This document shows, in pieces, positions 9,076 to 17,740 of a stretch of 64,000 nt of DNA. Origin of the DNA: a virus; the IMG/VR virus record IMGVR_UViG_3300034272_001701, positions 32,001-96,000 of that record, one strand, 5' to 3'. The translations under genes and the position numbers were made by a program. The notes beneath the pieces were generated by a model that was not told the DNA's origin, ran no database searches, and saw only the letters and a program-made list of their open reading frames with translations. How positions within the stretch are numbered: the stretch's first letter is position 1; every line of letters starts with the position of its first letter.

Positions 9076-9274
9076 TCTGGCATTTAAAAACTTTAATAAC
9101 AAAGTGCAACAAATGAACCAGTCTGGTAGTCGACAGTTGATGTTAAGCGCAGACGAAGCTAGAAATTTACATGCGGACATTTATATTCTTTTGGCCAACT
9201 TGGCGGAAATGCAACCTGCTTCCGAAACAGCCACAGCTTCCGAAATATCAATGGACGGAGGCGGTTTTAAGTAA
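9062..9274 (+). CDS. Hypothetical protein
   Basis: Coupled ORF ending MDGGGFK. Confidence 0.65.
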   Translation: MQKLSLAFKNFNNKVQQMNQSGSRQLMLSADEARNLHADIYILLANLAEMQPASETATASEISMDGGGFK

Positions 9275-9319
9275 ACTACGCCGTTATTTGTCATAAATAT
9301 ATAATCAAGGAATCCAGCA

Positions 9320-9607
9320 ATGGCAAGACCTAAACCTACTGTGTTGTTAGAACACGTGAACAAAACTAACTACAAAAGTGATCAAGTACTAAGTTCCGAA
9401 GGAATTTGGGCAGTGTTCTACGATAATGCACCTATTAATTTAAAAACTCATCACACTCTGCTACACTACCCTGGTCCCAAGTATAAAAAGGTCAGCTTCA
9501 GCAATAGCGGACATGCTATTAATCTAGCCAAAAAACTCAACACTCTGTTTAAAACCGACAAATTCACCGTGGTCCTAATGAAACAAGGTGACCAAGTCTA
9601 CCCATAA
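9320..9607 (+). CDS. Hypothetical phage protein
   Basis: Preceded by TAAATA (9294-9299) and an AAGGA SD; contains YPGPKYKKVSFSNSGHA.NLAKKLN. Confidence 0.75.
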   Translation: MARPKPTVLLEHVNKTNYKSDQVLSSEGIWAVFYDNAPINLKTHHTLLHYPGPKYKKVSFSNSGHAINLAKKLNTLFKTDKFTVVLMKQGDQVYP

Positions 9608-9953
9608 TCAACAAAGCTATACAGAAAGTATTTTGCATGCGGCAGGACGTAGTGATGCAGAATATACCAAATGTATCAAAATTTGGTGGTGGAACTATAC
9701 CAATCCGAATAATCTAAGACTAAGCAAGACCGGGTTTCAATTTATAAAGAAGTTTACTCAAATTCCTGTGTACGAATGTACACTGCCAGAACCATTACGT
9801 AATAGGACACTGATTCAATTAAGCAGATTGATGACTTGTCCGTATTACATACACAAAATTGATCAAATATCTGTACTAGGTGAAGAAGAGTACGTTATGT
9901 TAAAATTACATGCGGATAATCTGCAACAATACTTGGACAACTTGCAACTTTAA
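9588..9953 (+). CDS. Hypothetical protein
   Basis: GTG start overlapping the upstream gene; LRLSKTG and CPYYI. Confidence 0.65.
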   Translation: MTKSTHNQQSYTESILHAAGRSDAEYTKCIKIWWWNYTNPNNLRLSKTGFQFIKKFTQIPVYECTLPEPLRNRTLIQLSRLMTCPYYIHKIDQISVLGEEEYVMLKLHADNLQQYLDNLQL

Positions 9954-9959
9954 CAACCG

Positions 9960-9988
9960 TTGCACATAATTCACGTTTTGCATATAAT
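9960..9988 (+). promoter_or_regulatory. Sigma70-type early promoter
   Basis: TTGCAC-N17-TATAAT; strong SD AAGGAGG before ATG 10015. Confidence 0.65.
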
Positions 9989-10014
9989 ATACAGTCTTCG
10001 TTAAAGGAGGGCAT

Positions 10015-10350
10015 ATGCAAGCTCGTACATATATTAGCAAATATGCAACACGCAATAACAAAAAAGCAATAGTTCAATATTACAAAATACCCGCTACAAC
10101 AAAATGGGTAGAGTACATGTTGGACAAGCATGATATTAACAAAATACTAATGGATAGCGATTTTGCAACAAAAATGGACTTGTTAGAAGTTTTGCAAGTT
10201 TTAGAGCGCAAAATTGACTATATGTATAAGCATCCAAATTTTGAGTTTAAAAAAGCAACAGATTTGTTTCATGTTTTAAAAAATGCAACTAAAGTTGCAC
10301 CTTTAGCAATACCCAAAAAAGTTGCAAAAAAGCAACATAAAAAACGGTAG
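10015..10350 (+). CDS. Hypothetical basic protein
   Basis: Has its own promoter and SD; DNA is rich in GCAA/TTGC words and A-tracts. Confidence 0.65.
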   Translation: MQARTYISKYATRNNKKAIVQYYKIPATTKWVEYMLDKHDINKILMDSDFATKMDLLEVLQVLERKIDYMYKHPNFEFKKATDLFHVLKNATKVAPLAIPKKVAKKQHKKR

Positions 10351-10376
10351 ACTAAAAAGACCCATTTTGCTATACT
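10321..10376 (+). promoter_or_regulatory. Sigma70-type early promoter with upstream palindrome
   Basis: GTTGC-AAAAAA-GCAAC (10321-36), then TAGACT-N17-TATACT (10348-76) with a TG extension. Confidence 0.6.
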
Positions 10377-10422
10377 ATGTCTGTTGGGTAGTTAATTTTA
10401 ACTGTAATTTATAGGAGAGTAT

Positions 10423-10818
10423 ATGTCTAAGACTTTTACTTTTGCGGGTACTTGCACTGAGAACGGTGCAGTTGTTTACAAATTTGCTAACGACGCTAAC
10501 CGTGCTAAGGCACTTGAGCGTTTTGGTTGCACTAACATTGAGATCCTGCCGTTGCCAAATGCAATGGATAAAGAGGCGGCTGTTGCTTACTTGAACAGTA
10601 TTGGCATTACTGCTACTAAGGCGGCTCGTGTTGCTAAGGCTGCAAAGCCTGCTACTGTCAAAGTCAAGGCTGCTAAGACTACTAAAGTGGTTGCAACCAA
10701 AGCCAAGCGAGTGCCCGCTGAGCTCAAGCCTGGCATGGATGCTGCCAAGTTCTTTGATACCTGGATGGCAGACAAGACTGTCAAAGCCGATGCATGGCGC
10801 GAGAAGAACGGCATCTAA
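10423..10818 (+). CDS. Ala/Lys-rich putative DNA-binding protein (histone H1-like segment)
   Basis: AKAARVAKAAKPATVKVKAAKTTKVVATKAKR; SD AGGAGA. Confidence 0.6.
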   Translation: MSKTFTFAGTCTENGAVVYKFANDANRAKALERFGCTNIEILPLPNAMDKEAAVAYLNSIGITATKAARVAKAAKPATVKVKAAKTTKVVATKAKRVPAELKPGMDAAKFFDTWMADKTVKADAWREKNGI

Positions 10819-10828
10819 TTAGTTCGAG

Positions 10829-10877
10829 TGTCTGTGGCATTTCTGCCACAGACATTAATTCTATAATACATTATAAT
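10829..10877 (+). promoter_or_regulatory. Perfect 11-bp inverted repeat overlapping a sigma70-type promoter
   Basis: TGTCTGTGGCA-TTTC-TGCCACAGACA (10829-54); CAGACA-N17-TATAAT (10849-77). It could also act as a terminator hairpin. Confidence 0.55.
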
Positions 10878-10908
10878 AATGTTTCACACGTTATGAAGGA
10901 GAAACTAA

Positions 10909-12015
10909 ATGGCTGTATCTGAAACCCGCACGGTGACGCCCGAAGAGGCTCGTAGCCGTATCCTACGCTCGTTTAAAAAACAGCGCCCGCTATTCTTGTG
11001 GGGTCCACCTGGTGTTGGCAAGAGTGAAGTGATTGCTGACATTGCTACTGAGCTTGGTGGCTACATGATTGACCTGCGCTTGTCGCAGATGGAACCGACA
11101 GACCTTCGCGGTATCCCGTTCTTTAATAAAGACAAGGGTCTAATGGATTGGGCACCACCAATTGATTTGCCCGATGAAGAACTCGCTGCACAATATCCGA
11201 TTATTGTTCTGTTCCTTGACGAACTAAACTCAGCCGCACCTGCTGTTCAAGCAGCCGCATACCAACTGATTCTAAATCGTCGAATTGGCAAATATCACTT
11301 GCCAAAAAATGTTGTACTAGTTGCAGCAGGCAATCGAGATTCAGACAAAGGTGTCACTTATCGTATGCCTAGTCCGTTAGCTAACCGTTTTGTTCACTTA
11401 GAAGTTCGCCCAGATTTTGAGTCTTGGCAGAATTGGGCCGTTAAGAACAAGATACATCCAGACGTTGTTGGATATTTGAGTTTTGCCAAGAGTGACATGT
11501 TTGACTTTGACCCTCGTAGTAATAGTCGTTCGTTTCCGACACCACGTACCTGGACCTTTGCGAGTGAGTTCTGCCACGACGAGAGCGGCAGTGCTGCTGA
11601 ACTAACGGATCTTATTGCAGGTTGCGTAGGTGAAGGTGCTGCTATCAAGTTTATGGCTCATCGTAAACATGCAGCTAACTTGCCTAAACCCGAAGACATC
11701 CTACAGGGCAAAGTCAAAGAACTCAAGACCAAAGAAGTGTCGGCTATGTATTCTTTGACTACCAGTATGTGCTATGAGTTGCAAGATTATTACACCAAGA
11801 ACGGCAAAGACAAGATTGCCGAGTTTCATAAAATGGCTGACAACTTCTTGCGGTTCATGATGGATAACTTTACAACCGAGGTTACGGTTATGGGTGCTCG
11901 TGTTGCACTTACTACATATAACCTACCAATGGTACCAGGCAAGATGCCAAGCTTTGATGAGTTTCATCAACGTTTTGGTAAGTATGTGCTAGCGGCTGCT
12001 GGTTCGAGTAAATAA
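10909..12015 (+). CDS. MoxR/dynein-related AAA+ ATPase
   Basis: Walker A GPPGVGKS, Walker B LFLDE, AAGNR, Arg finger LANRF and TPRTW. Confidence 0.9.
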   Translation: MAVSETRTVTPEEARSRILRSFKKQRPLFLWGPPGVGKSEVIADIATELGGYMIDLRLSQMEPTDLRGIPFFNKDKGLMDWAPPIDLPDEELAAQYPIIVLFLDELNSAAPAVQAAAYQLILNRRIGKYHLPKNVVLVAAGNRDSDKGVTYRMPSPLANRFVHLEVRPDFESWQNWAVKNKIHPDVVGYLSFAKSDMFDFDPRSNSRSFPTPRTWTFASEFCHDESGSAAELTDLIAGCVGEGAAIKFMAHRKHAANLPKPEDILQGKVKELKTKEVSAMYSLTTSMCYELQDYYTKNGKDKIAEFHKMADNFLRFMMDNFTTEVTVMGARVALTTYNLPMVPGKMPSFDEFHQRFGKYVLAAAGSSK

Positions 12016-12034
12016 GTTTCATCGCGTGTGAGGC

Positions 12035-12074
12035 GGGGGCAGGACTTTGGTCCGTAAGACCCCCTTATTTTATT
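12035..12074 (+). terminator. GC-rich hairpin with T-rich tail (terminator or structured RNA)
   Basis: GGGGG-CA-GGAC-TTTG-GTCC-GTAAGA-CCCCC followed by TTATTTTATT. Confidence 0.5.
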
Positions 12075-12422
12075 ATGAAATTTCATGTCACCAAACTTGA
12101 CGGAAGATATACCGGTAGTAGCTGGTTCAAGTATCGACTAGAATTTATTGCAGAAGCGTATACATATGGATACGACGGTCGTAAAAGTCGTGCAAAGCAA
12201 CACCAACAAATGCTAGAATGGCTCTGGGAACACTATGGACCGGGGTGTGAAAGAGATCACTGGAAGTTTATGGCGTTCATAGATGAAACTACTACGAGTC
12301 TTGAAGCAAGAAAAAACGGTCCACGATGGGCATGGTTTGTTGATCAAAAAAATAATATCCCATACATATATATTGTCAATGATGAGACATTGTCTCACAT
12401 CCAACTAAAATGGACCAGTTGA
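12075..12422 (+). CDS. Hypothetical protein (small paralogous family)
   Basis: EWLWEHYGPG...WAW...IYI..DETL..I.LKW. Confidence 0.65.
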   Translation: MKFHVTKLDGRYTGSSWFKYRLEFIAEAYTYGYDGRKSRAKQHQQMLEWLWEHYGPGCERDHWKFMAFIDETTTSLEARKNGPRWAWFVDQKNNIPYIYIVNDETLSHIQLKWTS

Positions 12423-12447
12423 CTATAAATCCATTTTGCGCTATAAT
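12419..12447 (+). promoter_or_regulatory. Sigma70-type early promoter
   Basis: TTGACT-N17-TATAAT; spacer CCATTTTGC is shared with the 10348 promoter; SD AAGGAG. Confidence 0.7.
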
Positions 12448-12473
12448 ATACATATAGTTAAGGAGCATAACAC

Positions 12474-13739
12474 ATGGCAGATTCTACTGTAATTGATAAA
12501 GCAAAAGCAGTAACCGTAACAGATCCGCGCACAGATGCAGCGGCTCGCGAAAAACTTACTACAGCTCGTATTGGCTTGCTACTAAAGGCTCCGTTCTTTG
12601 GTCAGCTAGCTACTCGTATGACGCTTACTAATGCGGACGAGTGGTGCTCGACCGCTGCTACAGACGGACGCAAGTTCTATTATAATAGTGAGTTTGTAAA
12701 CAAGATGCCGTTAAAACAACTCGAGTTCTTGGTCGGACACGAGATTCTACATGCGGTGTATGATCACATGGGCCGGCGCGGCGACCGTATGCCACGTCTA
12801 AGCAATATTGCTGCTGACTACTGTGTCAATCAAGATCTTGTGGACCAGCGCATTGGCGAGAAGATCAGTGTAGTGCCTATTCTGTATGACGCCAAGTTCA
12901 AAGGACAGAGCTACGAAGAAGTGTATGACTATCTGTATCAAAATGCAGACAAGATTAACATGGATCAACTTGAACAAATGGTGCTCGATGATCACCTGGA
13001 AGATGGCGAAGGTGATGGTGGCGATGGTGATGGAGACAAAGACGGCAAGGGTCGTCCCAAGCTTAGTAAAGAAGAAGCACAGGCCATCCGCGACGAGATC
13101 AAGGGTGCTGTGATTGCAGCGGCTCAGGCAGCAGGCGCAGGTAATTTGCCTGCTGGTGTCAAGCGTCTACTCAAAGACATTACTGCGCCAGTTATTGGCT
13201 GGAAGGAATTGCTGCAACAACAGATCACCAGCGTAATCAAGAATGACTACACCTGGGCTCGCCCGAGTCGTCGAGGCTGGCACATGGACGCCGTTATGCC
13301 TGGACTCAAACCCGGAGAAATGATTGATATCTGTATCGCAATGGACCAGTCTGGATCCATTAGCGAAGAAGACAGTCGTGCGTTCCTTGGTGAGATCAAA
13401 GGAATCATGGAATCGTTTGATGAGTACAAGATTACACTATGGTGCTTTGATACGGAAATCTACAATGTTCAGACTTTTACAAGCGACAACATTGATGACA
13501 TTATGGAATATGAACCCCAAGGTGGCGGTGGCACTGACTTCATGGCCAATTGGGAGTTTATGAAAGAAAACAATATCGAACCCAAGAAGTTCATTATGTT
13601 CACTGACGGTATGCCGTTTGATGAGTGGGGTGAAGAAGAATACTGCGAAACTGTTTGGATCATTAAAGGCAACCCAGGTTGTGAACCACCATGGGGTATT
13701 TGGGCACACTACGAAGAAGCCGCCAAAGGAGGTAGATAA
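12474..13739 (+). CDS. Metallopeptidase-like (HExxH) plus VWA domain protein (DUF2201-like), likely partner of the AAA ATPase
   Basis: TAATDGR, HEILH, NIAADYCVN, MIDAS DQSGS, GGGGTDF and FTDG. Confidence 0.85.
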   Translation: MADSTVIDKAKAVTVTDPRTDAAAREKLTTARIGLLLKAPFFGQLATRMTLTNADEWCSTAATDGRKFYYNSEFVNKMPLKQLEFLVGHEILHAVYDHMGRRGDRMPRLSNIAADYCVNQDLVDQRIGEKISVVPILYDAKFKGQSYEEVYDYLYQNADKINMDQLEQMVLDDHLEDGEGDGGDGDGDKDGKGRPKLSKEEAQAIRDEIKGAVIAAAQAAGAGNLPAGVKRLLKDITAPVIGWKELLQQQITSVIKNDYTWARPSRRGWHMDAVMPGLKPGEMIDICIAMDQSGSISEEDSRAFLGEIKGIMESFDEYKITLWCFDTEIYNVQTFTSDNIDDIMEYEPQGGGGTDFMANWEFMKENNIEPKKFIMFTDGMPFDEWGEEEYCETVWIIKGNPGCEPPWGIWAHYEEAAKGGR

Positions 13740-14005
13740 TGAATCGAGCCTGGCGTTTTGTAAAATGGTTTGTTAGCAAGTGCGGATGGTTTGAAATTCT
13801 GCTATTTACTTCTGTTTTTTGTTTGTCAGCAGGCCTTACATCAGGTGAAGGACAAACTCGTAATATCTTTTGGGGTATAGCTATATGTCTAAACGTGCTG
13901 GCAGCATTGATTTTTGTTGCATGGGGTGTTCGCAACATGTGGCGTGAATTTATCAAACATGATGAAAAATGTTTTGATATCCTTAAACAAAAGGATATTA
14001 AATGA
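13739..14005 (+). CDS. Hypothetical membrane protein
   Basis: Two hydrophobic segments; TAATG coupling. Confidence 0.65.
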   Translation: MNRAWRFVKWFVSKCGWFEILLFTSVFCLSAGLTSGEGQTRNIFWGIAICLNVLAALIFVAWGVRNMWREFIKHDEKCFDILKQKDIK

Positions 14006-14175
14006 TCAACAAAGAATTTATTTTAGTTATAGTGGTCGTAGTAATAAGTGTATTTCTAGCCTTGGCTTATTTCCCCAACGATCGACGAGTGATTGATTGC
14101 GGCATTGCAGAGATCAGTCCGGATTACTCCAATGAAATGAAGGAAGCGTGTAGGAAAGCGAGGATGGCACAATGA
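14002..14175 (+). CDS. Small membrane-anchored protein (57 aa), below the ORF-track cutoff
   Basis: MINKEFILVIVVVVISVFLALAYFPNDRRVIDCGIAEISPDYSNEMKEACRKARMAQ; ATGA overlaps at both ends; SD AAGGA. Confidence 0.7.
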   Translation: MINKEFILVIVVVVISVFLALAYFPNDRRVIDCGIAEISPDYSNEMKEACRKARMAQ

Positions 14176-14402
14176 AAGTAGAACTAACCAGCGAAGCAGT
14201 AGATGGCCTGATGCAAAGCATACTGATGCAAGACTATCAAGGCCTTGTTGAGGATACTGATCGATTGAAAAAAATCAAAGACAAGCAAACCTATCAACTG
14301 CAAGATATCGAGCACAATCTGCGCTACATTGATGCCATGGAAGTGCTCATGGAGTACTATATTGGATTCGATTGGAAACAACGACTAAACAATCATGAGT
14401 AG
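14172..14402 (+). CDS. Hypothetical protein
   Basis: Coupled ORF with a GAGG SD. Confidence 0.65.
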   Translation: MKVELTSEAVDGLMQSILMQDYQGLVEDTDRLKKIKDKQTYQLQDIEHNLRYIDAMEVLMEYYIGFDWKQRLNNHE

Positions 14403-14787
14403 GCATATTGGTCTTGCTGTTGGTATGAACATGATCGAACGTATTGATCAAATTCGTGAGCTGGCTGACTTTTTTGGTTTCCGTTTGGGTCGTCGGGCTC
14501 ATAGTGGATTTGGTGATAGCGATATTGATGTGATTGCTCTGTACCCAAAAGATAACCAGTTGCCTCCTTACACTCGTGATGCTTGTTTGTTTACAGGCTC
14601 GCTATCTGACGTTGAAAACTTTTTAGATGGCATTCGTTGGGCAAGAAAATATGACAACCTGATTGGTGCTACAAGCGACAAGCGCCGTGAACAATATGAA
14701 GCGAAAGAAGTTGCTCGTTTAGAACGTATGAAACTCAATAAAGCCAAAGCAGAAACTTTTAAAATACTTAAACAGGAACATGCATAA
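14395..14787 (+). CDS. Hypothetical protein
   Basis: Coupled ORF; LP.YTRDA.LF.GS...FL.GI.WAR.YD. Confidence 0.7.
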   Translation: MSRHIGLAVGMNMIERIDQIRELADFFGFRLGRRAHSGFGDSDIDVIALYPKDNQLPPYTRDACLFTGSLSDVENFLDGIRWARKYDNLIGATSDKRREQYEAKEVARLERMKLNKAKAETFKILKQEHA

Positions 14788-15377
14788 TGGGTGCTCGCAG
14801 TCATCATTACATACTACAACATCTCGATCAACTTGAAGGATCAATTGTAGAAATAGGTTGTGGACGAGGTGAAGGATCCACAGACTTTTACGCAGGCCTT
14901 GTTGTAGGTGTTAAAAAGTTCCGACATCATGCTGTTGACTTTGACATAGAACCGTACACTGTTGCACAAGCATATGCAGATCAGATTGCAAATTCTTTTG
15001 CTTATATGATGTCAGGCGAACAGTTTTTACAATCAGTATTTCCTGCTTTAAACGAAAAAGTTTGTTATGCATATCTTGACAACTTTGACTGGAACTACGA
15101 TACCAGTACCGAGCAGTGGTGGCACGTTGAACAACGGAATCAATATGCCAAGTATGGCATTACCTTGAATAATGAAAATAGTCAACTGGCCCATTTAACT
15201 CAGACCCAATTGTTATTGCCGTACTGTGCCGAAAAATGTATTATACATCTTGATGATACATATCATACAAACAAGTGGGAAGGCAAAGGCGGAACCGCAG
15301 TTCCTTTTTTACTTGAACATAATTGGAAGATAGTGTATAATAATAGAATGAATACTGTAGCTCTAGCCAACTTTTAA
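14787..15377 (+). CDS. Putative class I SAM-dependent methyltransferase
   Basis: IVEIGCGRG motif I, AVDFD, YLDNFD, IHLDDT and GKG..AVPFL. Confidence 0.65.
   Translation: MGARSHHYILQHLDQLEGSIVEIGCGRGEGSTDFYAGLVVGVKKFRHHAVDFDIEPYTVAQAYADQIANSFAYMMSGEQFLQSVFPALNEKVCYAYLDNFDWNYDTSTEQWWHVEQRNQYAKYGITLNNENSQLAHLTQTQLLLPYCAEKCIIHLDDTYHTNKWEGKGGTAVPFLLEHNWKIVYNNRMNTVALANF
15313..15341 (+). promoter_or_regulatory. Sigma70-type promoter inside the 3' end of the methyltransferase gene
   Basis: TTGAAC-N17-TATAAT. Confidence 0.45.
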
Positions 15378-15385
15378 AGGATATC

Positions 15386-15673
15386 ATGGAACCAATTAAT
15401 TTTGAAGAAATTAAAGCAAGCAAAAAAGTTAAAAAGCTAATTGCTGAGCTGCAAGAGCGACTGCTACTAACTGAAGATGCGCTAGAGGACATTACTCGTG
15501 CTGCTGAAATTGTAGAAGTAACCGGGCAAAGAGAAATTCTAAGTACATGGATCGAACAGTCAAATGACTTTCTAAAGAATCGTATTGTGCGCCCAGACTC
15601 TAGTATTGGTGCCGACGAGCAAAAAATTCTTGTTATAACTGACGAAACCAAAGACAATAAAAATGTTACGTAA
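15386..15673 (+). CDS. Hypothetical protein
   Basis: SD AAGGA; helical, coiled-coil-like composition. Confidence 0.65.
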   Translation: MEPINFEEIKASKKVKKLIAELQERLLLTEDALEDITRAAEIVEVTGQREILSTWIEQSNDFLKNRIVRPDSSIGADEQKILVITDETKDNKNVT

Positions 15674-15956
15674 TGGATCAGCTAATCCGTTGACTGTACA
15701 CGGTCTAAGAGAACTAGACCGTTGTCCGCCACACTTTATCAAAGTACAATTCGAACTGAAAACCAGTCATCCTAAAAAAATCACTGATTGGATTTGGGAA
15801 AACTTAGAAGGACGTTTTTGGTTCGGAGAAGAATACTACATCAATGATTCAGGCAAGGTAGAATTTACCAATTGCGCTGGATTCGAAATTCCAGGAGAAG
15901 CAAGTATGTTTGCTTTGTGTCTGGATCAAATCAATTCCCACAATTATCTTATCTAA
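15663..15956 (+). CDS. Hypothetical protein (small paralogous family)
   Basis: DWIWENLEGRFW...GFEIPGEASMFAL. Confidence 0.7.
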   Translation: MLRNGSANPLTVHGLRELDRCPPHFIKVQFELKTSHPKKITDWIWENLEGRFWFGEEYYINDSGKVEFTNCAGFEIPGEASMFALCLDQINSHNYLI

Positions 15957-16013
15957 AAAAAATTCTATTGTATTTTACTTGGTTAAATAACAGTAGTTAT
16001 TTACGGAGATACA

Positions 16014-16241
16014 ATGGAACAAGAACAACCAGAAACCCCAAGCCTTGCATTATCTGATTTAGTATTACTACTAAATCTTATACGTGCGTCTGCTGAACGC
16101 GGATCCATTCGTGCAGAAGAAATGTCCGAAGTTGGTTCTGTATATCAAAAATTGGTTAAATTCTTAGAAGCAAGTGGTGCACTGAAGCCAGTGAATCCAC
16201 CGGTTATCAATGAACAACCAGACCAGCCTGCCTCAAATTAA
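16014..16241 (+). CDS. Hypothetical phage protein
   Basis: TAAATA (15984-89) and GGAG SD upstream; L...DL......I.....RG...A.E...VG..Y.KL..FL. Confidence 0.7.
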   Translation: MEQEQPETPSLALSDLVLLLNLIRASAERGSIRAEEMSEVGSVYQKLVKFLEASGALKPVNPPVINEQPDQPASN

Positions 16242-16255
16242 CCTAGGAGAATAGT

Positions 16256-16945
16256 ATGTTAAAACACGTTGGCAAACACAACGACAAACGATGTGTAATC
16301 GTTTTTAGAAAAATTCCAGATCTAGAGCATATGGCTCTAGTAGTATACAGCGATTTACTTCCGCGTCTAGTACACGACGAAGTTATGCGAGCTGTTGAAA
16401 GTCCTCAAGGACAAGCCGCAGTAGAAATTGCCGATGTATTATTTAGAACTGTCATGGCCGACGGTACTAATTGTTTAGAAAGTCTGCATCGTAATGGATT
16501 GATGAAGAAAGTACCTACCAATCAAGTATTAGTTACACCAACTACTACAAGCAGTGTAAGACTTGACGAACTCAATGACATTCTTGACGAAATGGCCAAG
16601 GGTCAAGAAGCCATGGAACGACTGCAAAATCTTGATGCTAATAGAGGCTTAACTGGAAAGAAAAATAATACTCCACCTCGTCGGGCTGAGATTCAAGAAC
16701 TAGGCGAAAGAAAAACTCGCGAAGCACAAGGTAATACCAGTGCAGCAGAAATGTTAACCAGTATGCTCAGTGATAGTGATTTGGCAGCACAAAGAGCTGA
16801 CCAAGCTGCCAAAATGGAAGCAACCGCACAACAATTATTAGCCGAAGCTGCACGTCTCAAAGCAGAAGCAGAAAGTTTAAGCCCAAAGGTCGACGATGTC
16901 GGAACAAAAACCAAAAAAACCTCGACTAAAAAGCAAGCGGCTTAA
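16256..16945 (+). CDS. Hypothetical phage protein with C-terminal coiled coil
   Basis: SD AGGAGA; begins MLKHVG; Ala/Glu-rich helical tail. Confidence 0.75.
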   Translation: MLKHVGKHNDKRCVIVFRKIPDLEHMALVVYSDLLPRLVHDEVMRAVESPQGQAAVEIADVLFRTVMADGTNCLESLHRNGLMKKVPTNQVLVTPTTTSSVRLDELNDILDEMAKGQEAMERLQNLDANRGLTGKKNNTPPRRAEIQELGERKTREAQGNTSAAEMLTSMLSDSDLAAQRADQAAKMEATAQQLLAEAARLKAEAESLSPKVDDVGTKTKKTSTKKQAA

Positions 16946-17237
16946 CTTAGATAGCAAAGCAAAATGGGAATCTATTTTAAAATCTGTAGAGAAAAAAGAA
17001 ATTCCCATTGCTATGCTTGAAAGTATGAGCGTTAACTTAACTGATGGCACAGAAGTAAGTATCAATATAAAAGAACTGTTAGATGAAGGCAACGACCCTA
17101 ACGAACTTGAAAAAATGATCAAAGTAAAGTTGAGTGCGTTAGATCATATAATAAACGATATTGATTTTTACATCAGTGTTAAAGCAGTTGCAAAAGTGGT
17201 ACAACCGGCCACAGATAACATTTTAAAAAACTTATGA
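16896..17237 (+). CDS. Hypothetical protein
   Basis: Overlaps both neighbours; full-length ORF. Confidence 0.65.
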   Translation: MSEQKPKKPRLKSKRLNLDSKAKWESILKSVEKKEIPIAMLESMSVNLTDGTEVSINIKELLDEGNDPNELEKMIKVKLSALDHIINDIDFYISVKAVAKVVQPATDNILKNL

Positions 17238-17740
17238 TTTGTACAATATTTGCCACGGACCAAATGGGAACATTTGGTAATCGTGGAACTTTGCCATGGC
17301 CCATGGATCCCGAGGATATGGCCTGGTTTCGAGAACATACACTAAATCAAATTGTAGTAATGGGTCGTAATACTTGGGACGATCCAAAAATGAAGAAGCC
17401 ACTGCCTGATAGGATCAATTGTGTAATCACAAATAAACCATTAAACATGCCAACAGTAAGAAGGTTATCGGGAGATTATAAAAAACAAATTCGAGAGCTT
17501 CAAGACTTATATCCAAAAAAAAATATTTTTATAATTGGCGGTCCGGATATCATTATGGATTGCAAAGATCTAATAGATTATGCATATATCACGCATCGCA
17601 AAGGTGCTGCCTTTAGCGATGTCCGAATTGATATGCGGGCATTTATGGTTGGTATGAGAATCACAAGCAGTAGACCTAGCACGGATAAAATGTTAAACTT
17701 TAGTATCTATAAAAACGTAGATATTTTCAGACCTTTATAA
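17234..17740 (+). CDS. folA: Dihydrofolate reductase
   Basis: G..G.LPW...EDMAWFREHT, VVMGRNTW, PLPDRIN.V and FIIGG; adjacent to thyA. Confidence 0.92.
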   Translation: MICTIFATDQMGTFGNRGTLPWPMDPEDMAWFREHTLNQIVVMGRNTWDDPKMKKPLPDRINCVITNKPLNMPTVRRLSGDYKKQIRELQDLYPKKNIFIIGGPDIIMDCKDLIDYAYITHRKGAAFSDVRIDMRAFMVGMRITSSRPSTDKMLNFSIYKNVDIFRPL

